Shown: positions 1 to 9,548, numbered from the stretch's first letter. The stretch: DNA of 64,000 nt from Eledone cirrhosa (GCA_964016885.1 OZ024740.1:22258001-22322000); one strand, 5' to 3'. Numbers and translations: made by a program. Notes: generated by a model from the letters alone, not told the origin.

Positions 1-1155
1 TGTTAAAACACCCAAATGCTGACCAGCGATGGGCAAAAAATGCTCAAACAAGCAGAAAGCTTCATCTTTCTGTTGCACGATCCAGCATTCTAAAATGGTA
101 CTCAATTAAATCATGCGAAACCATTTTGCTGGTTTAAGAGATGAAGGTAAAGGCACCTGTCTGTGAACTTGTCTTGTACATCACCTTTCTTTAATTCCTT
201 CAAGTTACTTCTGGGTGACAACACACTTCTTGTCTTCTTTCTATTTTTTCTGGGTTTCATCCACTTCATGGATTGTCTCTCTGCTGACTATTGGCCGCTA
301 GTCTGTCTTCTGGGGGCGGTGAGTTTTCTCTTTTATATGAATTTTAAGTACATGTTTCTTTAAATAATCTGCGTAATATTTCACATCTTTCACAGTCGAA
401 CTTAATTATGTGGATAATTCTGATTTGCGAACTAAAACTTTGATAGAACATTTCTCTTTGGAACTTTTTAGTTGACACACTCCCTGCCCATTGTCCCCAA
501 AACTACAGCCAATTTGTATTTTCTGCCAGGAAAAAATGCATTTGGAAGGTTAGTTTGACCAGAGCAAACCTACGGTCGAGCGACATCAAATATCTTACGG
601 TTTCGTTTTAATGTAGGAAAACCCATAGTTGTATTTTTCATCTAACTTGTGAAAAGACCTTTCCCAATTCTATCCCTATAGTCCCAATTAAACAAATAAC
701 CCTCTATGCGATTATTCGAGCTGCTGGAAGTCAAATCATGTCTGGCCATCTTAGAAAAGGATATTAGATAATGTGACCCTTAACTTTCTCTATATAAATT
801 TAAAAAATCGAAATGGTCATTGTTGGAGTGTCTTTAGTCATGGATCTGGTCGATCAGGGATGACATGGAGCTCAACAACTCGGTCACAACTAGTCTCATG
901 TTGTTTGTTGAATATTTCAGGCCAGCCTTGGTTGTGATCCCATCTCGGAGGCCGTAGTTCGAATGACCAGGCAGCGGCCATGTATCAATTGTTAAATGTT
1001 TAAGTACAATTCATCCTATTGGAGAGGATCACTATATTGCACACCCTAACACATACTAGTTAACAGAATGGGGTGAAGCATGAAATCTCAGATATTATGT
1101 CAATATTTTTCTATACATCTCATGGTTTTGTCTAGCTCCAGATCGAGGAGACATG

Positions 1156-1158
<3 letters not shown>

Positions 1159-1213
<55 letters not shown>

Positions 1214-1283
1214 CAGCGAAACTGTACAATCGGGACTTAGACAGATATATACCTATTTTTTTTTTTCTTCAATTATTTCTTCC

Positions 1284-1328
<45 letters not shown>
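1159..1328. repeat. Two (TA)n microsatellites separated by an ~80-bp fragment
   Basis: Seen: (TA)n at ~1159-1210 and ~1289-1328. The insert carries GAAA-C-TGTACA-ATC (1218-1231), which resembles a decayed hammerhead 3' half. Confidence 0.9.
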
Positions 1329-1329
<1 letters not shown>

Positions 1330-1529
1330 CGAAGGAATTATGGCAAGGAACCAGGTGGACCATAACGCACCAGAGTACTCAATACTTAGGGTAGTAGAGT
1401 GGGTAATAGGAAAATGTATGACCCCGACGGCAGAGCTCAAGCCGTTTCGCCGGCTATTTCTGTCTATTAGTCCAGAAATAGCCGTCGAAACGGCTTGAGC
1501 TCTGCCGTCGGTTATACATTTTCCTATTA
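1327..1529 (-). mobile_element. Penelope-like element 3' end with inverted duplication (family A, copy 1)
   Basis: Seen: inverted arms 1404-1462 and 1473-1529 with a 10-nt loop; unduplicated tail 1327-1403; TA repeats on both sides. The arms contain a hammerhead 3' half, GAAA-CGGC-ttgagctct-GCCG-TC. The element is the reverse complement of 5354-5588. Established: PLEs carry hammerheads in their pLTRs and often have inverted pLTRs plus a 3' tail. Confidence 0.75.
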
Positions 1530-1614
1530 TATATATGCTGGGATATACAGTATATGTATATAATCGTAGTGGTGGTCTTAGTTACAGTCAGTGTTGTTGT
1601 TGTTTGTAGTGTAC

Positions 1615-2150
1615 AATTGTGGTGGTGGTGGTGTGTATTGATGTGGTGGTGGTGTGTATTGGTGTGGTGGTGGTGGTGTGTATTTGTGATGGTGGTGGTG
1701 TATATTGGTGTGGTGGTGGTGTGTATTGATGTGTGGTGGGTTTGGTTTGGTGTGGTGGTGTGTATTGATGTGGTGATGGTGGATTTGGTGTGGTGGTGGT
1801 GGGTTTGGTGTGTATTGATGTTTGGTGTGTATTGATGTGGTGGTGGTGGGCTTGGTGTGGTGGTGTTGGGTTTGGTGTGTATTGATGTGGTGGTGGTGGT
1901 ATTGATGTGGTGGTGGTGGTGGACTTAGTATGGTGGTGGGTTTGGTGTGTATTGATGTGGTGGTGTGGTGTTTGGTGTGTATTGATGTGGTGGTGGTGGG
2001 TTTGGTGTGGTGATGGTGGGCTTGGTGTGGTGGTGGTGGGTTTGGTGTGTATTGATGTTGTGGTGGGTGTGGTGGTGATGGTGGGTTTGGTGTGTATTGA
2101 TGTGGTGGTGGTGGTGTGTATTGATGTGGTGGTGGTGTTTATGGATGTGA
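1615..2150. repeat. G/T-rich minisatellite with core GTGTGTATTGATGTGGTGGTG
   Basis: Seen: recurring ggtgtgtattgatgtggtggtgg / tttggtgtgtattgatg units of ~18-30 bp built on (GGT)n. Confidence 0.85.
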
Positions 2151-2224
2151 TGATAGTGTGTACTGTTGTGATAGAGGTAATTTCTGTGTGGGGGTGTCTA
2201 CTGTTGTGGTGGAGGCGTTTATGA

Positions 2225-2475
2225 ATGTGCTGATGGTGTGTGTGTGTACTGCTTGATGGTGCTGATTGTGTGTGTGTGTTTCGTAATGGTGTGTGTGGTG
2301 ATGAATGTGGTGGTGGTGAGTTTGGTATTTATGGATGAAGTGATGGATGGTGTGAGTGTGTGTGTGTGTATTTGTGTGTGAGTGTGTGTGTATGTGAGTG
2401 TGTGAGTGTGTATGCGAGTGTGTCTGATTGTGTGAGTGTGTATGTGAGTGTGTGTGAGTGTATGTGAGTGTGTGG
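2225..2475. repeat. Degenerate (TG)n/(GTGA)n low-complexity tract
   Basis: Seen directly. Confidence 0.85.
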
Positions 2476-3039
2476 AAGTGGCGGGAAGTAACGGCGGCGG
2501 TCTTAGTGAGTATGTGGTGGTGGTTGTGTATTGTGTTAAGATGTGGAGTCTAGTAATGTGGTGGAGATAGCAGAGTTCCCAGTTCTTGTGAATAGCAAGA
2601 ATATATAAAAGACATTCAATTATAATGAACATCATGTCGTATTGCCTGGGGTATGTTGAATGAATAATATTGGGCAGCAGGAGAGAGGACATCATAAATG
2701 GACAGGGAGAAAGGGACATACAGACAAGATGGCTGCATAGGAAAAGTGCACGAAGTAGTGTACATTAGAGAATACACCATCAACAACCTAAACATCACTA
2801 ACAACGACGTATGACGTCACGGTGTATAGGACCAAACTGCTTCCGAAATACAATTGACCAAATCGATATTTCTCAGTCCGTTCTTTGGTTTAAAACCAAA
2901 CTGTCTTTTATTGGCAGCAGAAGTATTTCTTCCAATTTATTCGCTGTTTTGTTCTTCACGTCCTTCTTTCCCTCATCTTCTCTTTAAGTTTTCTATCTAT
3001 TCTACAATACATTGAATTGACGTTGCTTGTAACAGTTCT

Positions 3040-3165
3040 GTAGTAGTGGTAGTAGTGGTAGTGGTGGTGGTAGTGGTGGTGGTGGTAGTGGTGGTGGTAG
3101 TGGTAGTAGTAGTAATGGTAGTAGTAGTGGTTGTAGTAGTAGTAGTAATGGTAGTAATAGTGAAA
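3040..3165. repeat. (GTA)n/(GTG)n trinucleotide microsatellite
   Basis: Seen directly; it accounts for the poly-H/Y, poly-T and poly-L/P ORFs at 2956-3313. Confidence 0.9.
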
Positions 3166-3197
3166 TAGCATGGTAGTATTTTTGATATTGTACACAC

Positions 3198-3654
3198 ATA
3201 TAATTCATTATATAGTACAGATGACGTTCAGTATTTATACATATACTAATATGTGCCCATACAACACACACAGACACATACACACACACACACACATACA
3301 CACATATACACACACAATTTTACCTCACTAAATTTCATACAAGACGACCTTATATATATATATATATTGATCGCACACACTCTCTCCCTCTAGTGTGTTA
3401 TCCTTTCTACCTATTGTATTTTGAAGAGCCCAGGATTCCTTTTCCTTTGAGCACATAATTTACAGGGTCTAACGCAAGTCTATTGACTCCGTTAATATTT
3501 GTGTATATATATATATATATATATAGATATATATAAATGGAAGTTCAGCACAATCGAAGCCCTGGCTGCAGCTAAGCTAACGAATGCAACCGGAATGTAC
3601 AGCTAAGCACTCAATAAGGTATTTTACCTTAGAGTAATAACATTACGTTCAGAC
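3198..3654 (+). repeat. Direct duplication, copy 1 (copy 2 at 10287-10775)
   Basis: Seen: sequence from ATATAATTCATTATATAGTACAG to CATTACGTTCAGAC is essentially identical in both copies except for microsatellite lengths. Confidence 0.95.
3366..3503 (+). mobile_element. Short (TA)n-flanked retroelement tail, probably a PLE 3' end
   Basis: Seen: bounded by (TA)n; contains the bulged hairpin GCCC-AGGA-7nt-TCCT-TT-GAGC (3428-3452) about 50 nt before the TA junction. PLE identity is inferred from the shared motif. Confidence 0.5.
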
Positions 3655-3726
3655 AGCTTGGAAAATTGAAGACTGCGACCGGTAAGCCACCCGCAAGGAC
3701 CAAAGAAACGAGAAAACTGACTGAGG

Positions 3727-3729
<3 letters not shown>
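3535..3729 (-). mobile_element. Short (TA)n-flanked retroelement tail, probably a PLE 3' end
   Basis: Seen: bounded by (TA)n; the minus strand has ACTC-TAAGGTA-AAA-TACCTTA-TT-GAGT (3609-3635). PLE identity is inferred. Confidence 0.5.
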
Positions 3730-3762
<33 letters not shown>

Positions 3763-3766
<4 letters not shown>

Positions 3767-3968
3767 AAAGCTGTGTTCAATCTGTTGTAAGAGAGCGTAT
3801 ATAGTATAAACAAAGTTTCATACTATTAACATGTATGTGCTACCAATGGTTTCAGGTCCAGTTTTGGTCGCCACTGTAGGAGGCACAAAAATATTTTTGT
3901 TCACGTGCCTGAATGAAGGGCCAGTTTAAAAGTGCTACATACATGTTAAGTATATGAAACTTTGTTTA
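3763..3968 (-). mobile_element. Decayed PLE fold-back with a hammerhead split between the arms
   Basis: Seen: outer inverted arms 3807-3840 and 3934-3968; inner AGGCAC/GTGCCT. The minus strand has GAAA-CCATTGG-TA-GCAC (3837-3853). The plus strand has GTGC-CTGAATGA-AGGGCCAGTTT (3905-3927). Tail hairpin at 3775-3796. Confidence 0.65.
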
Positions 3969-4131
3969 CACACACACACACACACACACATTAAATATAC
4001 ACGGGTGTGTATGATTGATTGTGTATAGAAGATTATATTAAAAAGAATTCCAACTTTGATTTAATCGTTTTATTTACAATCCTTTAAAATTATAATGATA
4101 TTATAATGAAATAGTAGGGTTAAATGTTAAT

Positions 4132-4170
4132 TGATCAAGTACTTTCATGCTTTCGCAATCTTCAGGTTCA
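4132..4170 (-). ncRNA. Minimal type I hammerhead ribozyme, inverted-arm copy with one stem I mismatch
   Basis: Seen on the minus strand: TGAAC-CTGAAGA-TTGC GAAA GCAT-GAAA-GTAC-TT-GATCA. Confidence 0.7.
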
Positions 4171-4627
4171 TATTCAGTGGTGACAGTCAAGTTGGCAATT
4201 TTCAACTGTAATGAGATGGCTAAAAACTGTGCCTTATATACAGTAAAAAGGGGCTACAGAATGCTAAGTTTTGCAAACTTTATTTCGACCAATCGGTGTG
4301 TGGTTTCACTAGATTACTAAAGCTGATTGGTTTAGTAATCACGGTTGGTTGAGCATGTCTAACGACTTCTATTTGACCCTATCCAAAGCATCAATTGTTT
4401 TGCTATTTTTTAGAAATGATGAAAATAGCATTTTCTAGGGTTTTTATAAAAATCTTTACTAATCATCAACATCAACATCACTTTTATTATTACTATTGTT
4501 GTTGTTGTTAGTGGTGGTAGCCGACATGGTCTTAGGCGTAGTCATAGTAGAAGTAATACCCCTAAGCATTATTATTGTTCATTTAGCTTGGGTTGGAATT
4601 TATCAATAAAATTCTTTTCTTTAATTT

Positions 4628-4747
4628 GGTCAGAAAATATTTATAATATTTCCATTCTACAAACTACACAGCCCAAGTGAAATCAAGAGAAAAATTAAAG
4701 AAAAGAATTTTATTGATAAATTCCAACCCAAGTTAAATGAACAATAA
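4628..4747 (+). pseudogene. C-terminal fragment of a PLE GIY-YIG endonuclease
   Basis: My translation: GQKIFIIFPFYKLHSPSEIKRKIKEKNFIDKFQPKLNEQ*. This fits the R..E..FI..F.P.LN ending typical of PLE GIY-YIG domains. Confidence 0.8.
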
Positions 4748-5148
4748 TAATGCTTAGGGGTATTACTCCTACTATGACTACGCCTAAGACCATGTCGGCT
4801 ACCACCACTAACAACAACAACAATAGTAATAATAAAAGTGATGTTGATGTTGATGATTAGTGAAGATTTTTTATAAAAACCCTAGAAAATGCTATTTTCA
4901 TCATTTCTAAAAATAGCAAAACAATTGATGCTTTGGATAGGGTCAAATAGAAGTCGTTAGACATGCTCAACCAACCGTGACGCCTAAACCAATCAGCTTT
5001 AGTAATCTAGTGAAACCAAACATCGATTGGTCGAAATAAAGTTTGCAAAACTTAGCATTCTGTAGCCCCCTTTTACTGTATATAAGGCACAGATTTTAGC
5101 CATCTCATTACAGTTGAACATTGCCAACTTGACTGTCACCACTGAATA

Positions 5149-5187
5149 TGAACCTGAAGATTGCGAAAGCATGAAAGTACTTGTTCA
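5149..5187 (+). ncRNA. Minimal type I hammerhead ribozyme
   Basis: Seen: stem I TGAAC/GTTCA; core CTGAAGA; stem II TGC-GAAA-GCA (GNRA loop) with a U.U at its base; GAAA; palindromic GTAC in helix III; cleavage triplet CUU. This matches the minimal PLE hammerhead architecture. Confidence 0.85.
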
Positions 5188-5353
5188 ATTAACATTTAAT
5201 ATTCTACCATACTATCATTATAATTTTAAAGGATTGTAAATAAAACGAGTAAATCAGACAAAGTTGGAATTCCTTTTATTAATATATATATACATATCAC
5301 GATACATTAACGAAGCTATAGACATATTGTATTTTATATATACATATATATAT

Positions 5354-5587
5354 ATAGGAAAATGGTCAAGACCCCGACGGCAGAGCTCAAGCTGTTTCGA
5401 TGGCTATTTCTGGACTAAATTAGAATTTTTAGCGTGGTAATAAATTTAGTCCAGAAATAGCCGTCGAAACGGCTTGAGCTCTGCCATCGGGGCCTTGACA
5501 ATTTTACTATTACCCACTCTACAACCCTAAGTATTGAGTACTCTGGTGCGTTATGGTCCATCTGGTTCCTTACCACACTTCCTTCGT

Positions 5588-5588
<1 letters not shown>
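5354..5588 (+). mobile_element. Penelope-like element 3' end with inverted duplication (family A, copy 2)
   Basis: Seen: arms 5354-5421 and 5443-5510; tail 5511-5588; (TA)n on both sides; hammerhead 3' half from GAAA at 5466; homologous to 1327-1529 in the opposite orientation. Confidence 0.75.
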
Positions 5589-5616
<28 letters not shown>

Positions 5617-5619
<3 letters not shown>

Positions 5620-5947
5620 AATATATAACACAAATAGAAGTGTGTTACACAGTGAAATGTGTGTAAAGAACTAACCTTGTAAGGTTAGTAATTTAAAACT
5701 CTACTTCAGAGATTTGATTCTGACTTAGGTTTTTTTCTATTTAATTGCTAACCCTGTAGATATTGTTTTCTATACAGTAACGGTAAAAATCACTTGTAAT
5801 AATTCTTTACACACATTTCACTGTGTAACACACTTCTATTTGTGTAATATATTTGTATCTGAGCTCAGAAGAAAATTCTCTATTCTTCTTTGAGCTAATA
5901 TTATTATTATTACTGAGACTGCGGAATACTCTTAATTCCGATCCTAG
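5617..5947 (+). mobile_element. (TA)n-flanked fold-back element, probably a PLE 3' end
   Basis: Seen: 54-bp inverted arms 5617-5670 and 5803-5856 (1 mismatch). The tail 5857-5947 contains AGCTC-AGAAGAA-9nt-TTCTTCT-TT-GAGCT. No convincing hammerhead core is visible. Confidence 0.6.
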
Positions 5948-5960
5948 TATATATATATAT

Positions 5961-6550
5961 GGTGGCTGCCAACTCGTTTTCGAGTACGTTCACTACTTTA
6001 TATCCATGTAGGAGAACGAGTGTGACTTTTTAGTCCAGCCAGCGACTTGAAAACTCTGGTAAAAAACACTACACTTGTGACAATTATTGACACATAGTGC
6101 TGGGCCCATGGTACCATGTGACGACAAGTGCAGAGAGATCTCCAGATATAAAGCAATACCTGTGCCGTGAAGCTTTTATAGTGAGCAAAGGCAATGCACA
6201 AAGCCAGTCCCACTCTCTTAACCAAGATGATATTTACCAAAAAGAAGAACAAGTCAACATCATTGGATACCATCAGGGTTGCAGGTGTTATATCAGAGTT
6301 TTCCTTCTCTTAGAATTCTGCCTTGACAAAGGCTAAGGGGTCATCTCTCCCGATGATTTTGGATGGCCATTGACTCTTAAGAGCTCCTTTGCCCTTTGAC
6401 AGGTTTTGTTTTTAGTGCTGCAGGATGTCCAAAGTCACCCTCCTCACCAAGAAACCTTGGTGGGATTGCCAGTTCAGTCGCCAACGACCCGACCATGGGA
6501 CAGGTTGTACTGGAATACATGTTACCAGTAGTACCAACTGGTGACCTGAC
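5961..6550 (-). mobile_element. Putative RTE-derived non-autonomous element (5' UTR-like part joined to an RTE-like 3' end)
   Basis: Seen on the minus strand: GTCGTTGGCGACTGAACTGGCAAT and GAGAAGGAAAACTCTGA, which I recall from RTE-clade 5' UTRs. It ends in CTCG-AAAA-CGAG-TTGGCAGCCACC followed by (AT)n, resembling the ...GGACAGCCAAC end of the RTE fragment at ~8134. No RT or endonuclease coding is visible. Confidence 0.45.
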
Positions 6551-6740
6551 ATATATATATATACATATATATATACATACATATATATATATATGTCATT
6601 TATTTTTCAGAACATTTCCGATGCTCTATTTCTCCAGTGAAATGTTACATATACATTATCATCAGCATCACCATATTTCTTCTCTTTCTATGTATATTTG
6701 ATCACTTTTAACTCTGGGGAACCGAAGTGACTATGTTTCA

Positions 6741-6771
6741 CTGACGAGATCTAACAATATCGAAACATGCC
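6741..6771 (+). ncRNA. Decayed minimal hammerhead core (PLE pLTR relic)
   Basis: Seen: CTGACGA-GAT-ctaacaat-ATC-GAAA-CATG-CC. Helix III is palindromic (CATG), but U16.1 is replaced by C and stem I is poor, so it is probably inactive. Confidence 0.55.
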
Positions 6772-7404
6772 CGTTGATTTCAGCATTTGACGTTAAACAT
6801 CTATCTGCGTTGTTTTTAGTTTTCCCAAATTTAGATTAGCTGATATTATTGGAGTTATCTACCTTAGTGGGAGATTTTCAAATTTAAAGCACGCATAGCA
6901 GGTGACGTTTCTTTTAATAGCAAGGAATAGATATTAAGTGATGTTTGTTCAAACGATTATATTACATACGTAATACTATGTATATATGTTTATCTCAATA
7001 TAGTTTCTCTCTCAATGTTGTATTCCATTGTTTCAGTATCTAATCTTGCAGTGTCTGCTTCTATTCCAACCTTCTCTTTAGTTAGATAGTTTCTATATAT
7101 TGTCTTTTACCATCGTTTCTCTTCTATTTTCTCTCCACTTCTTAACCTACCATCTTCTGGCTTCTGTTTATTCTTCGTATTCCATCCACCTTCCACTCAC
7201 GTATGCTACTTACTTTCTTACATCTTTCATGTGGCGTCTAACTTCGTTTTTATTACTTGTCTCTTCTCTCCTGCATTAGTTGAGAGATTTTTTTGTCATT
7301 TACTCAAAATGTCGAAGGAGATATAGAAGAGTCTACACGAAAAATGCTGATAGTTCTTTTATCTAACATTTGTGAGTATATATATATACCATCTCTAAAT
7401 ATTG

Positions 7405-7554
7405 GTTTCTGATTTAGGCACAAGGCCAACACTTTTTGGGGAGGGAAAAGGCGACTAAATCGACGCCAGTGCATTACTGGTACTTTATTTTATCGACCCC
7501 GTAAGGATGAAAGGTAAAGCTAGCCTCGGCAGAATTTGAACTCAGATCGTAACG
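7405..7554 (-). mobile_element. tRNA-derived SINE, copy with the 5' head lost or diverged
   Basis: Seen on the minus strand: B-box GAGTTCAAATTC, then CCTTTCATCCTTACGGGGTCGATAAAATAAAGTACCAG (resembles the MetaSINE central domain, from recollection), then GGCCTTGTGCCTAAATCAGAAA. Homologous to 62939-63113. Confidence 0.8.
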
Positions 7555-7578
7555 AATGTACAAAGTATTTCGAGGTAG

Positions 7579-8134
7579 ATGCTGTATGGCAATCTTGTAT
7601 CTGGAAAGGGTATCCAGCACAAACCATGTCTGTGGTTTAAAGACTCTGTATAAAGTATTTTTTGAAAGCATTTGAATTACACAAAATCAAGCGCGAAAGA
7701 AATATTTTTCATCGCTTCCAAGGAAACAATGCTCAAAGCATGGTGGAGATATTTTTGAAAAAAACACATTTTTCTCATGAAAAATTTAAGCAAGCTGCAC
7801 GAAAATCGACTTTTTGTGAAGGGGTTGGGATAAACCTAGTCTGTCTTTCCAAGGCTGGCCTCATTAGTGACCAACGAATTTATTAGACCAGACAAAATGT
7901 TGACAACAGTAAGTTCATGACAATAGGTAGCATAAAATCCAATTCATGGGAGAAGGTTTTTAAACCTATTGATGGATTAAAGTGTGACACATCTGAAATC
8001 AGATATACAAAAGAGCAGTTTCGTTTGTATGGTCTACAAAAAAGATGTGTGAGACCTGGGGTGAGGGGCTTATAGGACTCTGATCCTTCCAATAGTCAGT
8101 AATGGTCTTCCTTGGACACAAATGGACAGCCAAC
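7579..8134 (+). mobile_element. RTE-clade LINE 3' fragment (decayed ORF C-terminus and 3' end)
   Basis: My translation: MLYGNLVSGKGIQHKPCLWFKDSV* (compare RTE L.YGEL..G.R....P..R[FY]KD) and VCLSKAGLISDQR (compare C.S..GL.SH.R). Stops and frameshifts are present. It ends ATGGTCTTCC...GGACAGCCAAC before a simple repeat. Confidence 0.75.
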
Positions 8135-8161
8135 ACATATGTGTATATATCTATATATTTT

Positions 8162-8496
8162 AATTTCGTATTTCTAAAGAAATACGGTATGTTTATAAAT
8201 AAATATTAAGAAAGCCATAGCTATGAATAACACACTGGCAGCTAACGCCACCAGGCGGTTCCCGACAGAAGCAAGGGGGACACTTGTCGATGCATTTTGT
8301 GATCAACTGGTTCTCGTCAGGACCATCTCTTCCGGTCTTGACGAGAACCAGTTATTCACGAAATGTATCGACGATTGTCCCCCTTGCTTCTGTCGAGCAA
8401 CACCTGGTAGCGTTAGCTGCCAGTGTGTTATTCATAGCTATGGGTTTCTTAGTATTTATTTATAAACATACCGTATTTCTTTAGAAATACGAAATT
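8162..8496. mobile_element. PLE-type fold-back palindrome (163-bp arms, 9-nt loop) with a hammerhead at the centre
   Basis: Seen: 8162-8324 is the reverse complement of 8334-8496. The arm consensus is GTC-CTGACGA-...-GAAA-TGCA-TC-GAC. Confidence 0.8.
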
Positions 8497-8534
8497 CAAA
8501 TACATATTTGTATACAGCTATGTATACTTATCTA

Positions 8535-8693
<159 letters not shown>

Positions 8694-8880
8694 TTAGTTA
8701 AGCAACAGTTTAGATGTCGTTGAACATATAAGCTCGCATATCTGATGAGATATCGAAAAAGAATCGGGCCCCGTCACCTTGATTGTACCCTGAGATGATC
8801 GATATAGAAACAATTGTAATATACAAATAAATTTTGTAATTATATTGCAACACTGACTTCGACTCTTTTAAATTTTTAAA
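8694..8880 (+). mobile_element. Probable PLE pLTR relic with a decayed hammerhead
   Basis: Seen: TTGTA..CTGA-GA (one core base missing)..GAAA-CAATTG-TA..TACAA at 8783-8826; flanked by microsatellites. Confidence 0.45.
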
Positions 8881-9121
8881 TATATATATATATATATATT
8901 TCGTTTCTGAATTTGTTTAGCAAGATTCTTTATCTGAAATCGTGTGTTGAAACCGATATTGTTATACTTTGGGAGGGTCATGTTGCCAATAAGAAACACA
9001 CGCACCAGTTGCTTTCACTTCAATTTATTATATATTTATAAATTTATAAATTTACAAATCTACAAACTTATAAATTTCTGGTTGGTTGGTTGGTTCCACA
9101 ACCAGATAGTTGTTTATATAT

Positions 9122-9166
9122 AGTCATAGTCCTTTCGTCACACACTCTATGACCTCTTCAGTGACT
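9122..9166 (-). ncRNA. Minimal type I hammerhead ribozyme
   Basis: Seen on the minus strand: AGTCA-CTGAAGA-G-GTCATA...TGTGAC-GAAA-GGAC-TA-TGACT. Stem I is AGTCA/TGACT. Helix III GGAC is one change from palindromic GTAC. Confidence 0.75.
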
Positions 9167-9401
9167 GGGGATTCCTTTCTTTGTTTCTGTGCCTTTCCTT
9201 TCTTCTTTTCTACGCCATTTTGTTTCGTTTCTGTGTGTGTGTTGTGTGCTCAGTTTGCGCATGCGCCACATCCGGGTGTCTGTGTGTGTTTGTGTTCATT
9301 TATCTATTTGTTTATTTATTTATTTATTTATTGTTGGTTGGTTGTTTGTTCTATGTGTGTGTGTGTTTTCATTTTGTCCTGTGTGTGTTTTCATTTTGTC
9401 C

Positions 9402-9548
9402 TTAATTGTAAGTTGTGATGTTGCTGTTCCACTCATATTTTCTATTTAATTTTGGTTGTAATTCTTTTATGCTTACTGCCTCTGTAATTTACCTAAACAT
9501 TGCATCTTTTCTGTGTGTGGATTCTATTTTTATTTCTATGTTCTCTAA
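9402..9548 (-). pseudogene. C-terminal fragment of a PLE GIY-YIG endonuclease with an in-frame stop
   Basis: My translation: [47 protein letters not shown]. It shows the R.I.EA..I....P.LN...EW pattern. Confidence 0.75.

Larger units (their letters stand above)
4035..5285 (+). mobile_element. 5'-truncated Penelope-like retrotransposon with an upstream inverted pLTR (~590-bp arms, 64-bp spacer)
   Basis: Seen: arm 4035-4627 is the reverse complement of 4692-5285 with few differences. Spacer plus right arm encode a GIY-YIG-type C-terminus. Each arm has a hammerhead. Confidence 0.9.
8899..9548 (-). mobile_element. 5'-truncated Penelope-like retrotransposon (second endonuclease-bearing family)
   Basis: Seen: (TA)n on both sides; an endonuclease C-terminus at 9402-9548 followed downstream on the minus strand by a hammerhead at 9122-9166. 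Confidence 0.85.

Noticed and set aside
163-363. 66-aa hydrophobic ORF as a membrane protein
   Set aside because: It has a GTG start and a T-rich composition, with no recognisable motif or exon context.
1615-2150. Telomeric repeat tract
   Set aside because: G/T-rich but contains no TTAGGG array, and the unit is irregular.
1327-5588. 4.2-kb DNA transposon bounded by ~200-bp terminal inverted repeats
   Set aside because: The two ends are diverged copies, each with its own fold-back and (TA)n flanks, and the interior is an unrelated mosaic with no transposase. Two independent PLE insertions explain it better.
8742-8767. CTGATGA-GATATC-GAAA as another hammerhead
   Set aside because: Core-like, but there is no convincing helix III or directly adjacent stem I; it could be chance or heavily decayed.
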